From Glaucostegus cemiculus (taxonomy: Eukaryota): DNA of 64,000 bases. Below the pieces are notes generated by a model. It did not search any database, was not told the DNA's origin, and worked only from the letters and a program-made list of their open reading frames with translations. Positions 39,526 through 52,375 of the stretch are shown here, piece after piece; positions within the stretch are counted from its first letter, which is position 1, and each line of letters begins with the position of its first letter. Both the position numbers and the translations under genes were made by a program. The stretch lies in the NCBI GenBank assembly GCA_976551045.1, contig CDPCPM010000011.1, positions 5,332,001 through 5,396,000 of the forward strand, in the 5' to 3' direction.

Positions 39526-40424
39526 TCATTAGCTTTATATGATCAAAAGGCACATTGGAAGATTATAACCTCCATTTCCATTGTCACATCAACTAACATT
39601 TAAATGGTCAGAAATTTCTTTTACCAGGAATTGGCACTGCTGTATTCACCAGCATCTCTGACTTTTCAGAGAGGGTAAAGCCACTGAAGTTGAAGATTCA
39701 CCTTCATTTCATAAAGTGAGCTGAAGAATTAGATTTGAAACCATTTTTATTTAACTCACCCACTCTATCCACTTCTCCTGCTGGAACATTCAAATCAGTT
39801 AAATTTCCAATGCAACAATGTAGGAGAAAAGATTTCTCTGGGGAACAGCATTAGCTTTTGCTTCCACACTAATTTCAGATGAGGTTCCACTTGAAATGTG
39901 CTCATTTGCAGTTTGGTATCTTCATACTGCTGACTTTTAAACTCATGAACTTTTGCACAGAAGTAATGTTCTGTTACTTACATTAAGGGATGCAGAGACA
40001 TCGAGGTAGAGGAAGGCTCAGGCCACCAAAGAAGGAAATTTTCATTTGAATAACTTGCACATTGATAGCTCGCTGTCAAAAAATACTAGTGTTCAGTCAT
40101 TCCACTTTTGGTAAGGTCTGACAAAATAACTGGTTTGATCTTTATGACCCTGAAGTCCTCAGGCATGCCATTTTCCTGCCTTCTATGAAATGGAGATGGT
40201 GGAGACAAATGTTTTGCACTGACTTTCCAACAGGGCATACCTTCACTAATGATACAATATAAAGAAGACATGGTTAAGTAGTTCTTGATTACCCTAAAAC
40301 CACAGCAGAGAGGCAACATTTTCTAATATTCAATCAGTGGTTCAGTTTTCATTGCCACTTTCCTCGGTCTTTAACCTAACAGAAAAGATAGGAAAAAGCC
40401 TGGTCAAACCACCAGATAACAGAT

Positions 40425-40515
40425 ATGGGGCAGACACGGTGGTGTAGTGGTTAGTGTAAAGATGCCCTTCACTGTATGTTTTGATGTACACGTGACTAAT
40501 AAAGATATCTTACCT
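40425..40515 (+). mobile_element. internally deleted tRNA-headed SINE
   Basis: ggggcagacacggtggtgtagtggttagtgtaa (A-box-like head) joined directly to ...gatgtacacgtgactaataaagatatcttacctt. Confidence 0.55.
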
Positions 40516-40555
40516 TTTGGAAAGTACAACACAGAAACAGGTCAGGAAAATGAAA

Positions 40556-40745
40556 GAAACTATAGATGCTGGAAATCTGATAATAGAAATAGAAAATGCT
40601 GGAAACACTGAGCAGGTTAGGCAGCATGGTTTTCTAATTTGTTTTCTCTCTTTCCCAAATTTAAGGAAGGGTCTTTGACCTGAAACATTAATTTGTTTCT
40701 CTTTCTGCAGATGCTGGCTGACCTGCTGAGAGCTTCTGGCATTGC
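40556..40745. mobile_element. inverted pair of Penelope-like terminal repeats
   Basis: aatgctggaaacactgagcaggttaggcagcat is complementary to atgctggctgacctgctgagagcttctggcatt. Confidence 0.6.
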
Positions 40746-41869
40746 TTCTATCGCTGAAGGAGGCCACTTGGCCGATGTCAATGGTTATTCTTCACAAAAG
40801 CCTTGTTGCATCCCATTTCATGTAACCCTATCTGCAAAACCTATTCCACCCTTGCTTATCCCTGTTATTTACCCTACCTTCTCTGTAAAGTATCTAAGGC
40901 TCCTAGAGGTGAGTCTGATCTTCCTGGTTTTATTCTGAGCTCCACACCCCCTTATGAATCACTTTGCTTTCAACAAGTACTGCATACGGAAACCAGGATA
41001 AGAATAGACATGGTATGATTTCAGAGCCCAAGCCCATTCAATAGCTGTAACTTTGGATCTGATCCCATAGACAAAAGGGTTGCACAGCACAGCTGACATT
41101 ACCAGCAGGTATCAAACATAATACTTAAAGCTGGATAACTGACGAATGTGCAGTTTTGGAAATAAGGTGGCCTTTGAGTATGAACTCTGGATAACATCAG
41201 GGACAGTTCATCCCTTGTGACCAGAGTGATGGGCACAACTTAGCACTTTAAAATATGTTCAGCTTTTTGGCAGTTGGTAGCTGACTTGCAATTGAATATC
41301 TCACACTTGGGATTTACTCAATGTTGACAGTTCTACTCTGGAGATTCAACAAGATTGTCAGTCAGTATCTCAGCATTATCACCATTGAATCTTTCAGTGA
41401 GCAACTGTCCAGTTCTTCTCTTCTAACCTGTACCATTGATTTTTTTTTGTTATATCAGCCTATGCAAAAGCCGACTGTTAGTCAACCTCAAACTCTACAA
41501 AACAGTTTGAAACCTTGCAATTACAAATGAGCCTCTGCCCCCCTTTAGTCTTGTTGCTAATGAAGTTGGAGGAAATGTTATTTTAATTTTAACTTAATTT
41601 TGGCTGAAGGTGTAGAAATGCATTCCCAGTCAACAGGGCTAAATGTGTTATATAATTGTTTCGGTATATTGGACAGCAGTATGAATTTCACAGTTGGGAT
41701 ATGATGTACCAAAGTGTCTATATAGAGCATATAGCCTGACCAATTAGAGGTGAAATTCTAGAAACTACTTCTTTTACAGGTTTTATTTCAAGTGCAAAAA
41801 AGAGAAAGAATCTGCAGGGAAAATGGACTCCCCAAAAAAGGCAAACTGGGAGGAAAATCATATTTTAAA

Positions 41870-43700
41870 TTCATTCTATGGGATCTGAGTGTCACTGACA
41901 AGGCCAGTATTTATTTCCCATTGCTGTTTGCCCTCGGGAAGCTGGTGGAGAGCTGCCTTACTCAACTGGTGCAGTCATTCTGTTGAAGTATTCCCACAGA
42001 ATGGTTAGATAGGAAGTACCAGGATCTTGTGCAAGTGATGGTGAAGGCACGACAATATATATCTATGTCAGGATGGTGTGTGACGCAATGGCAAAGCTGC
42101 ATGTGTTCCCAAGTTCCTGCTGCCTTGTCCTTCTTGGTGCTGGAGAAGATAGGTGAGTGATTGAAATGTATATTGTGGATATTACACAGTGCACCATGCT
42201 GGAAGATGTGAAGTTTTATGGTGGTACATGAGCTGTCATGTAAATGGACATTTTGTTCTGGATGGTGCTAAGTTTCTTGGCTGTTTTTGGAGTTGTGCTC
42301 ATCCAGCCAAATGAAAAGTATTCTATCACACACTTGACTTGCCCTGTATATTGTTGAAAGGCTTTGAAGTCCCAGAAGGTGAGTTACTTGCCACAGGCCA
42401 CAGGATATCCAACTTCTTACCTAATTCTGTGGTTGCAGTTTTTTGTGTGACGGATCCCCAGAATCTGATGGCGGAGCATTTAGCCAGCGTAGTGTCATAG
42501 ATCGTCAAGGGTAGGTAGTTAGCCACTCTTTTACTGGAGATGGCCATTAGCTGACACTTAGGTGATGTGAATTTTACTTGCCATCACCTCAGGTCTAAGT
42601 GCAGACAAGGTCCTGTTGCAAACTGCCATGGACTTGATTATTTGCTGAGGAGATACAAATGGATCTTTGTGCAATTATCAGTGAATACCCCACAATTTAT
42701 GTTGGAAGCAGTTTCAAATAATTGTGCCTAGGACACTGCTCTGAGGGACTCAGCCATCTCCCTTTGTGCGAGGTGTGACTCCAACCTTTGCAGTGTTTTC
42801 CCCTTAATGCTCGCTGACCAGTGTTATCAGGACAGAGTCAGTCAAAAAGCTGCCTTAATGTTCCAGGTACTCACTTTCCTCTCACCTCTAGAATTCAGCT
42901 CTTTAGTACATATTTAGAATATGGCTGCAATGAAGTCTGGAGTCAAAATATGATACTGACAAAATCAAAATTAAGCATCAATGCGCTGGTTATTGGTGAG
43001 TAAGAAATGTTTGGCAGCATTGCCGACAACATCTTCCATCACTTTGATGATCATTTTGAGTAAATTAATGAGACAGCAATTTGCCATATTTGATTTGTTC
43101 TGCCTTTCATGGACATGACATACATGAACAATTTTCCATATTGTCGCTAGATAGCAGTGTTGTAACTACACATGAACTGGAAGCACAGCTAGCACTGGAG
43201 CATGTCTTCAGAACTAATAATGGAATGTTGCCATCCTACGGCCTTCACTGGCTTCTGAGATGTTAGGGACCTAGGAACCTGAGAGGGAACTTCTGGATGA
43301 AGATGGTGCAAATTCTTCAGGCTTGCTTTCAGCTCAGACGTGCTAAGCCCTGCCATCATTGAGAATGGAGGTGTTCTTGGAGCTTCCTCCACCTATTCAT
43401 GGTTTCATTATCCAGCACCATTCAAGAGCAGATGTTGTAGGATTACAGCCTTGATCTGATGGCTTCATTCTGTCTACTGCTTGCTGCTCTTGTTAGTTCA
43501 CTTTACCAGGTTGGGACATCATTTTCAGGTACACCTGTGCTACTCCTGGAATTCCTTTCTGCACTCCTATTGAATCAGGATGGTAGCCTGGGTTGATACT
43601 AATGGAAGTGAGAGGTATATGCCAGACCACCCGGTTCAAGATTGTAATAGAATACAAGTCTGCTGCTCCAGATGGCCCACAGGACAGGTGTTGTGGTTGA
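41870..43700 (-). mobile_element. old CR1/L2-group LINE, RT region, degenerate
   Basis: Minus strand near 42250-42420 gives a decayed LWPV..LLGLQSLSTIYRASQV..EYFSFGWMSTTPKTAKKL..IQNK segment, typical of the post-RT part of CR1/L2-group ORF2. Confidence 0.7.
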
Positions 43701-44044
43701 GACATGTGAGAGCTGGTGAAGACTTCTCTGTTCCTTTAGCTCTCAAGTACTCCATCTACATAGATGATGAGTCTGAGCTGTGGAATATGCTCCTCACATC
43801 TGAATAAAAGAATGCTCCAGACTCCTTTAGAACAGACAGCTTGGAGGAAATTTCTGTCTTTACCTTTTGAAAATCAAGCCCTGAGATGTACCTCAATGTG
43901 TTAGTGTGGCACATGTTTCATGCTGACGGTTCAGTCTAAAAAGTATAGTCAGAATATTCTTTAATGCTGCTCATTTTGCAAAGAGTAAATCAAAGCTGCA
44001 GGTTCAGACTGGAACACACAATGGAGTACATCACCAAGGCAAGG

Positions 44045-44450
44045 TAAGGGGGTTTAATGGGGTAATTTCTGGGAGGATGCTTCCCCTTGTGGGAGGGTCT
44101 AAGACAAGTGGGCATGGTCTCAAAATAAGCAAGTGCCTATTTAAAACTGAAATAGATTTTTCTCTCTAAGGCATGTGAGTCTTTAGAACTCCATGCCGCA
44201 GAAAGCCGTAGTGGCTAAATCCTGGAATATATGAAAATGGGCAGTGCAGACTCATTGGGCCGAAAGGACCTGTTACCATGCTGTAAATAAAAAAAAATTC
44301 AATATGAGTGAGGTTTTTAATCAAGGGTTATGGGGAGAGGATGGGAAAGTGAACTTGAGGAAAGTTGGATCAGTCATGATCTTATTGAATGATGGCGCAG
44401 TTTCAAGGGGCCAAATGGTCTACTCCTGTTCCTATTTCATATGATCTTAC
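44045..44450 (+). mobile_element. CR1 LINE 3' end
   Basis: gaggatgcttccccttgtgggagggtctaagacaagtgggcat...tactcctgttcctatttc. Confidence 0.75.
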
Positions 44451-44860
44451 AATCAGCTTGGTATTAAATTTAAGTCTTAACCCACGGAATGAATGGATCA
44501 GGCAGTGGTTCTTTGCTTAAGTAAGTCCATCGTTACCTTAACACCATTACAACAAACCTCAATTTATTTACAATCATGCTTATGTACACAATATCTAACC
44601 AACATTACTTTTCAACATGCTATTTTTTCCCTGAGTTTGTAAGGTGTGCAAGGCCCAGGAAATTAAGATACATTTAATGAACACTTCACAAACTGTATTT
44701 GTTAAAATGAAAAACAGACTAGTAATACTATAATAAATGTTTAGATAACTTCACAACAGGCAGAACTCCCTGTTGTCATCGAGGCTTGGAGATAAATGTA
44801 GGAGGTGAATGAAGGGACAGCCTATAAATTAAGTGGGGAGCCTGCTTTAGCTGGTCATAC

Positions 44861-44925
44861 CTGTCACTGTACGCTGCGGCTGCGGCTGCAGCAGGCTGGG
44901 CATATCTGTATGCTGCGTAGCCTCC
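44861..44925 (-). CDS. RBFOX3: RBFOX3 65-nt exon
   Basis: ttctttctgttccag|GGAGGCTAC...GACAG|gtatga. Encodes GGYAAYRYAQPAAAAAAAYSD(S), also visible in ORF 44776..44982. The poly-Ala after AQP is RBFOX3-type. Confidence 0.96.
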
Positions 44926-47900
44926 CTGGAACAGAAAGAAGAGCTTTGTTACATTCTGTGTGTAATGGACTGGCACTGCCATAAATGATGTTTGTTCTGG
45001 AATGCAGAGGCGGTGAAATGGTCAGAGGTGATGAGCAGCTTTAAGCAGTAGGAACTGAGGCAGTCAAACAATGAGCAGTGGACTGATAGTCACTACCTAT
45101 TACTGCCATTTGGCTTCAAGAGCCAGTCAAAGCATTCCTGTGGCCTTTAAAGAGTGCCATTTACTGCACTTCACTAGGTCATTACCAGTGTTAAAAGTGA
45201 GGCCAGGACAAATTCCCCACATAAAGAATCCTTCTTTGAGTTAGTGTTAATGTACAAAAATGATGTGTAATTTCAAGCTGCTTGAATAGAACAAAGATCA
45301 TTGATGTGAAAAGTCTGTGAGACATGTTCACTGGTATCTTGACATGACCCGCCACTGCAGATAATTATCTATCCACATTCTCAGATGACAGAGTATCCGT
45401 GAAAACAAGCAGACACTTTAGAAAGCAAACAGAGTTAATCCTTGCCTGTAGAATGCTAAACCCACTTACTTCCCCTGGTGAATTACCTCAGCTCTTGAAG
45501 ATTAAAATCTGTGTAAACATAGAAATCTAGCATCAGGGAATGATTCGCCTTGTCAATTATTTGGGGCCTTTCTAATTATTACACTGTTTTTCAGGGACAT
45601 GCTTTGGATTTATTAAATCTCCTCTCTTTGAAAACTATGAAATAACATAACATCGACAGAGCTGAATTTCATCCTTTCCACAAAGTTTCAAAAGATGCTT
45701 TTAGCATCTTTGTAGTTCTTTCAGATGCTTTTTCATCCATCATGTAAAAAATAATGGTGTTATGGATTTGGTGGTGTTGCTTGGTGCTCAGCTTGAACTG
45801 CAGTTGAAGAGCTCTTAAGTAACACATGGATGTGTTTATAAGAGACACACTGGAGAATTGACGTGCCCTGTAACTATCTATCGTGCCCTCTCCAATACAT
45901 TAATTGCTAACACCAGACTGAAGAAAACAATTTAAATGTTTTGTGGCACTGTTACAATTGTGTTGCTGTCAGCTTTACCATTGCTGGAAGTACCACAGAA
46001 CTTGCCCTCGCAAGCTTAATGGAATATTACTAATGATATCGATAACAGTGAAAATAACCAAGGGAAGAATGAACTCAAGTGTCAACTGCAGGGAAGACAG
46101 TGTGGGTGGGTTCACTTTCTTTTTGTTTCTTGTTGTGACTTTTGTGACTACTGGGGACATTTGATGAAACTAAAAACTTCCCATTTATCAGAGTACTTCC
46201 GTACAAATCTCATGAGCAGTGGAAATCCATTAGTAGCCGAGATGTTTTTCCCACAAAGAAGGTGACGTCTCATTATTTTGAACTAAAGGGCCATTCATAT
46301 CATATGGCCAAAATTCTAGAAGTTAGAAGGCACAACAGTTAACGATAGGGATATGTGCTTGGACTTGGAATGCTTGAATGGACATGCATGGGCTGCAAAG
46401 CTGAAGCTTTGGGTAGGCCAGTGACCTGGCAAAGTGTTCAGTGTCTCAGCAGTGCATGCTGTAAGGGAATTAGGCAGTGCTGAGACTTTGATAAAAGATG
46501 CAGAGAGCATGGCATTGACAGATCGATCTGAAACCTCAATACAGTTAAACCCCTCACCGTGTGAAGCACGGTGTTAATTAAAACACTGGGATACAGCCTG
46601 GGCCCCTGGCATCATGCCATCTCATTCACTTCTGAAACAGCAATTGAATGAATGGGACTGGGTATTGCAGGGTCCCACTGAGGGCTGCCTGTCTAATAAA
46701 GTCATCCCCTCCCTCCCCCTTATGGGAGTTTTAGACTCATTAACATTCAGATGGGATTTTTTTTTAAATATTAACCTAGAAATTAAATTAAAAGGTAAGA
46801 GAAATCATGCTGAAGATAGCTTCAATTATACAGCTCTTCAAATAAATCTCTCATAAACCTTTCACAAGGATCTTAAATGATTCCTAAACAGCGGCCCTCC
46901 TCCCGGAGGTTAATGGTTGTTTCTTCACAATCTACTGCAGCCAATAAATCTATGGTAATTTCCTCTTGGTACACTGATAATCTGGGTCCAGACCCCAATA
47001 CACAGCACACATAGCTGCTGCTCTCTCTCTCTCTTTCTCAGGATTAGGGTTCCCTTTTTTAAATACAAGGTGTCCAAAAATGTTTTGGAATTTTTACTTG
47101 CTACAAAGGCAATTCATGTCTCACTGGGAGACAGTTTGTTGCTGTGGATTCCTTTCCTGTAGGGATTGCATTGGAATAACTTGAAACTTAATTCACTTTG
47201 CAACCTAAAGGGAGACATTGTTTGGATCAACTCATCCAGGTCACAATGGTCAGGTATCAGGTTTATGCCATCCATTTCTCTCTGGATCTTAATATGTTAA
47301 GCAGCCCTCCCAATTAATGTGATTTTCATGTTTAACTAATTCCTTTGTCTCTCTATTCTATTTATAAAAATATTCACTGGCAGTTTCTGTACCTGGAGAC
47401 ATTACCGTGAAGTAAGCCATTCAACTCTTTGGGCCCTACTCCACTATCCAGTCAGATTATGGCCAATTCTGCTTACAACCTCTCAGGTATAGCAATCTGG
47501 TGAACACTGCGGGAGCAGGTTGCTGTCATGCAATGGTGTGCACAACATCAGAATGAATGCCAGATGTACCTCACTGCAGAAGCAGGTTGGGAAATCCAAT
47601 CAAAGCAAAAAATCAACTTACAAAATGTACAATTAATCTAAAACAACTTCTGCATTCAGGCCACCTGACATATGTAACTGGGATACAAATCAATTATGCA
47701 GCCTAAAAGTTCAGGACAGTTTAGGCATAAGTGAATTTTGCACCTGAATCTACCTTGATTCCCTTGACCTTTGGTGGCCATCTTTTGTTTCATCTGCATA
47801 TCAAAGTGGCTTGTCCAAGTTACAGAGTCTCCTGAAAATGATTCCTTCACCTGCACTTGCTCAGAGGCTCTCTTCAAATCACCAGATGACTTTGCCAATT

Positions 47901-49876
47901 CCTTTTAGAAATTGTTCAGTAGTTTCTCTCTCCTTTAATGCATTAAATCTACAAACTACCTAAATTTGAGGTTCTTAAATGTGTGCCTATTGTGCAATAA
48001 TTAACTAATAATTTTCGCTCTTAAAGAACAGAGTGATGCAAAGGTAGAAACTCTCCTGAGGTTGCATGCAGTAAATGCACAATATAATAACATTTGTCTG
48101 TTGAGTTTGTTGTTGAAATTCAGTTCCATTGAAATCATGGGAGTGATTGTTGGAAGTGGAGTACAATGCACAAATGCTACCACATCATGTATTAAGCACA
48201 TGCATCTGAGACCAGATTATGTGGCATCAGTGTTTTCCTTGGCCAATGCAACATTTTGAGTCCACAGGAAATTTCAACAGACTTAGTGTTGGCAGAAAGG
48301 ATGCCTTCTCTTTTATAACGTCCAGGTTGTAGCCAATGAAAATACATCCAGTTTGATACTCCATGCCCAATCCAATACAAATGTATGTTAAGAACTTCCA
48401 GAAATTCGCAAATATTAAAACCCTGTTGTTCAGCAAGGTTTTGGCCAGGGATTAACGAATGAAACTTTATTGATAAACTTGAACTGATTCATTCATTGCT
48501 ACATTGAAAACTGTATGAAAAAATAGTGGGCATGTTTTGCAATACAAGCTTAGGAATTTACAGTGGGGAGTATAATCAGTAATTTACATTTGTGCACCAA
48601 ATTTGGTCCTGTCATTTTCATAGAATCACAAAATCAAACACCTGAATGAGACCATTTGGCCCTACGTTCCTGCACCTAAATTTCATTACCAACCTTGTAG
48701 GAATATGCTGTATCATTAAACTCGGCATTGTAAACAATTAAGCCCAAGGGAGGCATAGAATTTGGACCATATTTCTTCTCAAATAAAAATTAAAGTTTGA
48801 AGCCATCTGAACCATTAGTCACAGACATTAGGCACAGCTTGTTTAAGAACCTGCAATTGGGGAAGCTTTCCAATTTTTCATGTCATTCTCACTGATGTCA
48901 TTAAGATACATTCATAGAAACATGATACAGTGCAGGATTTAGTTGCATTCTGTAAAAAACTGCAAAAATGATACCATAAATATGCCTTTGATTCCTGCAT
49001 GCCTAGAATTCTGGGCTAGTTATTATGCCTGCTCTGAACAAATGAACAAACATAATTCCATTAAATTCACATGTACAGCTCTTTAGACTGGGGGTGAAAC
49101 TATTATAATAAGGCTTGGTATATGGAAAAGCAGAGAACTTGTGCATGTGAGCCCTGAGACACTTGCACTCAAGGCATAAAGCAAACATCTGGCATAAATG
49201 AACATTGAAATTCAGAAGTAGCATAATTAAGGACACAGCACATTTGCGCACACTTCCTTACATTTTTACACTGGAATTCACTTTAAACCCTGCCTGCCTC
49301 TGTCTATTGGACATACTACACAGAATGTACACCCATTTGTCCCTGGACTCCTTCATCATGTTTACACGACAGCTTTCGTTCTTAATTAATTAATTTATTT
49401 ACAACTATTAATTTGTTGTTTTGTATGATGTTTTACAGCATGGAAATGTGGGCATCTCTTTAATGCTGATGGTAGCAAAGGAACTCAGCGCTGCATGAGC
49501 CAGCCTGAATGTGAATGGCAGCCCTTTGGGACATTGTGCTGCAGTGCAGCCCGAGGCTACTTATTTTCATGAAAACCATTATAGTATAAGTATTGGCTGC
49601 AATGGAAGCCAGTGGCTTACCTAATGGACCACAAACTTAAAAAATATGTTTCACATCATGAAGGTGTGCAGTATTTAAAGCTGCTCTTTCCCCCTCTGCA
49701 ACCACCCCCCAAACTGTAGATTGTATATTGTGTGGCATACAAAGGTGGCCAGCAAGCTTTGTCCTATCATCCTATTGTTCACTGATGTCAACCAGAGATC
49801 TTTCTTCCCCTATATCACTGTCACTATAATCCTCTCACAGCCCACAGTCACAACTACCCCCATCCCCTCGCTCAAA

Positions 49877-49955
49877 CATACACACACACACAGACACACA
49901 CACACACACACACAGACAGACAGACTGACAGACACACACACACACACACACACAC
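49877..49955. repeat. compound (CA)n/(CAGA)n microsatellite
   Basis: acatacacacacacacagacacacacacacacacacacagacagacagactgacagacacacacacac...; reads as (UG)n on the RBFOX3 pre-mRNA. Confidence 0.95.
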
Positions 49956-50202
49956 CCACATACACGCTCATGCGGTGTTATTGCTTAAGCAGTGGTGAGA
50001 ACTTTTTACTGACAAATGCTGGTTTTGTAGATAAACATTTGGCTTTATAGTCCATGGCAATGATAAATATTTAACATATACATTTAATATCACAACTCAC
50101 AAAACTCACAACCGCAGGATTAATTTTTTTCAACAAAATGATGTAGAGAAATGCCTGTGACATTCAAAATATAAGTTAAAAGTGACTGAAAAAAGTGAAT
50201 CT

Positions 50203-50415
50203 AAAAGCAAAAATGCTGGAAAGACTCAGCAGTTCAGGCAGCATCTGTGGAGAGTGAAACAGAGTTCATGTTTTAAGCTGATAACCTTTCATAGGATGAA
50301 GGCTCATTGCCCTGGGACATTCTGATGAAAGTTCATCAATCTGAAATGTTAACTTTGACTCTCTCTTCACAGATGCAATTGGATCTGCTGAGTTTCTCCA
50401 GCATTTTTAGTTTTT
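50203..50415. mobile_element. inverted pair of Penelope-like terminal repeats (hairpin element)
   Basis: Arms of about 95 nt: aaaaatgctggaaagactcagcagttcaggcagcatctgtggagag... versus ...ctcttcacagatgcaattggatctgctgagtttctccagcattttt. CTGATGA at 50322 and GAAA at 50343. Confidence 0.65.
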
Positions 50416-52335
50416 GTTTTGAAAAAAATATTGGCAGGTTTTGTGAATCCCAGTGCCTCAGTCACCAGCAGTCACTGCAACTATTGCTGGAATCTGAAAG
50501 CCATCCATTACCTTTTTAGCCCAATAAGCCTGTTTTGTGCATGCAGTTTGGTGCTCTGATCATGGCTAATGAATAACAATGAGGCAATCAAACAAACCAT
50601 GAAGAATGAAGGTAAAAAGATTTAATAACTGGGTAATTAAAAGCTTTGTGAAAAATAATTGCAAATCTGCTCTAAAGACGGATCATCAATTTTTGCTAGA
50701 CATTTTCAAAATCTTCCCCAGTCAAGTAAGACGGTGAAGGTTTCTGCAAATCTCTGAAGAGAGGCGTAAAAGGATGCACAAGCAAACTTTTACACATGGC
50801 TATTGTGTCCCAAAAATATGACAGGCCAGAGTTTCCTAAACATAAGCCTGGATGCTATGTATGGAGGAAAACCATACTTTCAGGATTTCACTTCCAACAG
50901 AGAATTTCCTTTTCTTGGATTTTCCATCTGTTGGAGTTGAAGGGTACAGCTGCCTTCCTAACTGGAGAGGGAAATCCTTACTTAGCCATTGTGATCCAGT
51001 AATACCAAGCATCGGTTAAAAAAAAACAAAGACCCAGACCAATATCAGTAACTGGTTGACCTTGTCGAATAAAGTAGACTCAATAATCATTGTCTATCAG
51101 TTTCAAAAATGGTCCTTAAACTTTGAAAAAAATTTAAAAGACAAGTGCAAGATCTATCCAACAATGCCATGAGATTCAATACTTTCAGGGAGTGTAAAAA
51201 GATCCCCCCTCCCCACCCAATATTGATTAAATTCTTCAGAATTAACACCAGCTTCAAAGCAGTTGAAAAACTAGTGATATAACATCTGCAACAGCTGACA
51301 TAAATCTGCTGGGGTCCAATCACTTCTGATCGTGCCTGCAACCTGAGTTAAGGTCCTTCTATTTTATCTAATGTCAGTTTTATCACTGTGATCATAGTGT
51401 CAGCTGGACAGGAGGATCATTATCTCCGCATTGTATGAAAGCATGAAAGCATTCTGTAAATATACCAACCTTTAGTGACATATAATAAGTAATTGTGAAC
51501 TTGTATTCCATAACTTAAAAATGATTGATATTATCTATTAAATAAGTTATAAAGAGATATCATTGGTTCTACTTTAGTGATGTTTGGTAATAATATCTGG
51601 TTCTATATATGTTAAATGTTTAACCTGTTACCTCATAGTGGTATTTACATGCAGGAATAAACATGCTAAATCTTGAGAATTCTTCATTGATGCTTTCTTG
51701 TCTGCACTCTTCCTGGAACTGGCTGTTATTAAAAAATACTTTTGCTAAAATTCTTTCATTAGCAAATTTAATAAGACGGCAGCAATCTCTCATCTCATTA
51801 TTACAAACCCATGATAATTCAAGTTCCAACTTGTAACTATTAGGTTTAAATGTTCTTTTTGAGGATTTATTTTGGTTTGACCATAACCTTCATCTGCAAA
51901 AAATGTACTCAAAGTTATTTGATGGGATAAATTTGTTTAAGATGATTCACTCTCATTTTGATAACTGTTAGTTATCGCTGAGTTTTTAATATTTGTTAAT
52001 GCTGGATTAAGAGTTCTAATTTAATTGGGTGCTTGCCAAACCAATTCTACATTGGAGCAATTATCTTTTTCCAAATATCAGATATATTAAATGAATCTAA
52101 CCAAGTCCACTTTAATACTGATCAAATACCCGCCTCTTCAAGAAGGTTGACTTATCGATATCCAAGCGTTGCATGATTTGACCTCAACATACATACCCAA
52201 CTGAATTCCAATAATTTCACCTGTAAGACTAGACCGTGTTGCAGTCTAAATTACACAACTCCAATAATGGTGACAACAGTCAGCTGAGACTTTGCTAATC
52301 AGTTGATAATGATTGAATTTTAAAACAATACTCAC

Positions 52336-52375
52336 GTAAATTTCTGCCCCATAAAACCCATCCTGGTACACAACT
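52336..52375 (-). CDS. RBFOX3: RBFOX3 40-nt exon (B40-type)
   Basis: attttacag|AGTTGTGTACCAGGATGGGTTTTATGGGGCAGAAATTTAC|gtgagt. Phase 2 to 0, encodes VVYQDGFYGAEIY, exactly 40 nt like the B40 exon of RBFOX genes. Confidence 0.96.

Noticed and set aside
45470-45508. 22/39-nt stop-containing pseudo-exon with two good donors
   Set aside because: Such AG/GT pairs are expected by chance in a 7-kb intron; no independent support.
49621-49635. 15-nt microexon candidate TTTGTGGTCCATTAG|gtaagc
   Set aside because: AAG acceptor, short tract and no homology.
52197-52220. 24-nt in-frame microexon candidate after B40 (cag|GTGAAATTATTGGAATTCAGTTGG|gtatgt, VKLLEFSW)
   Set aside because: Weak pyrimidine tract and no homology support; cannot be told from a pseudo-exon.
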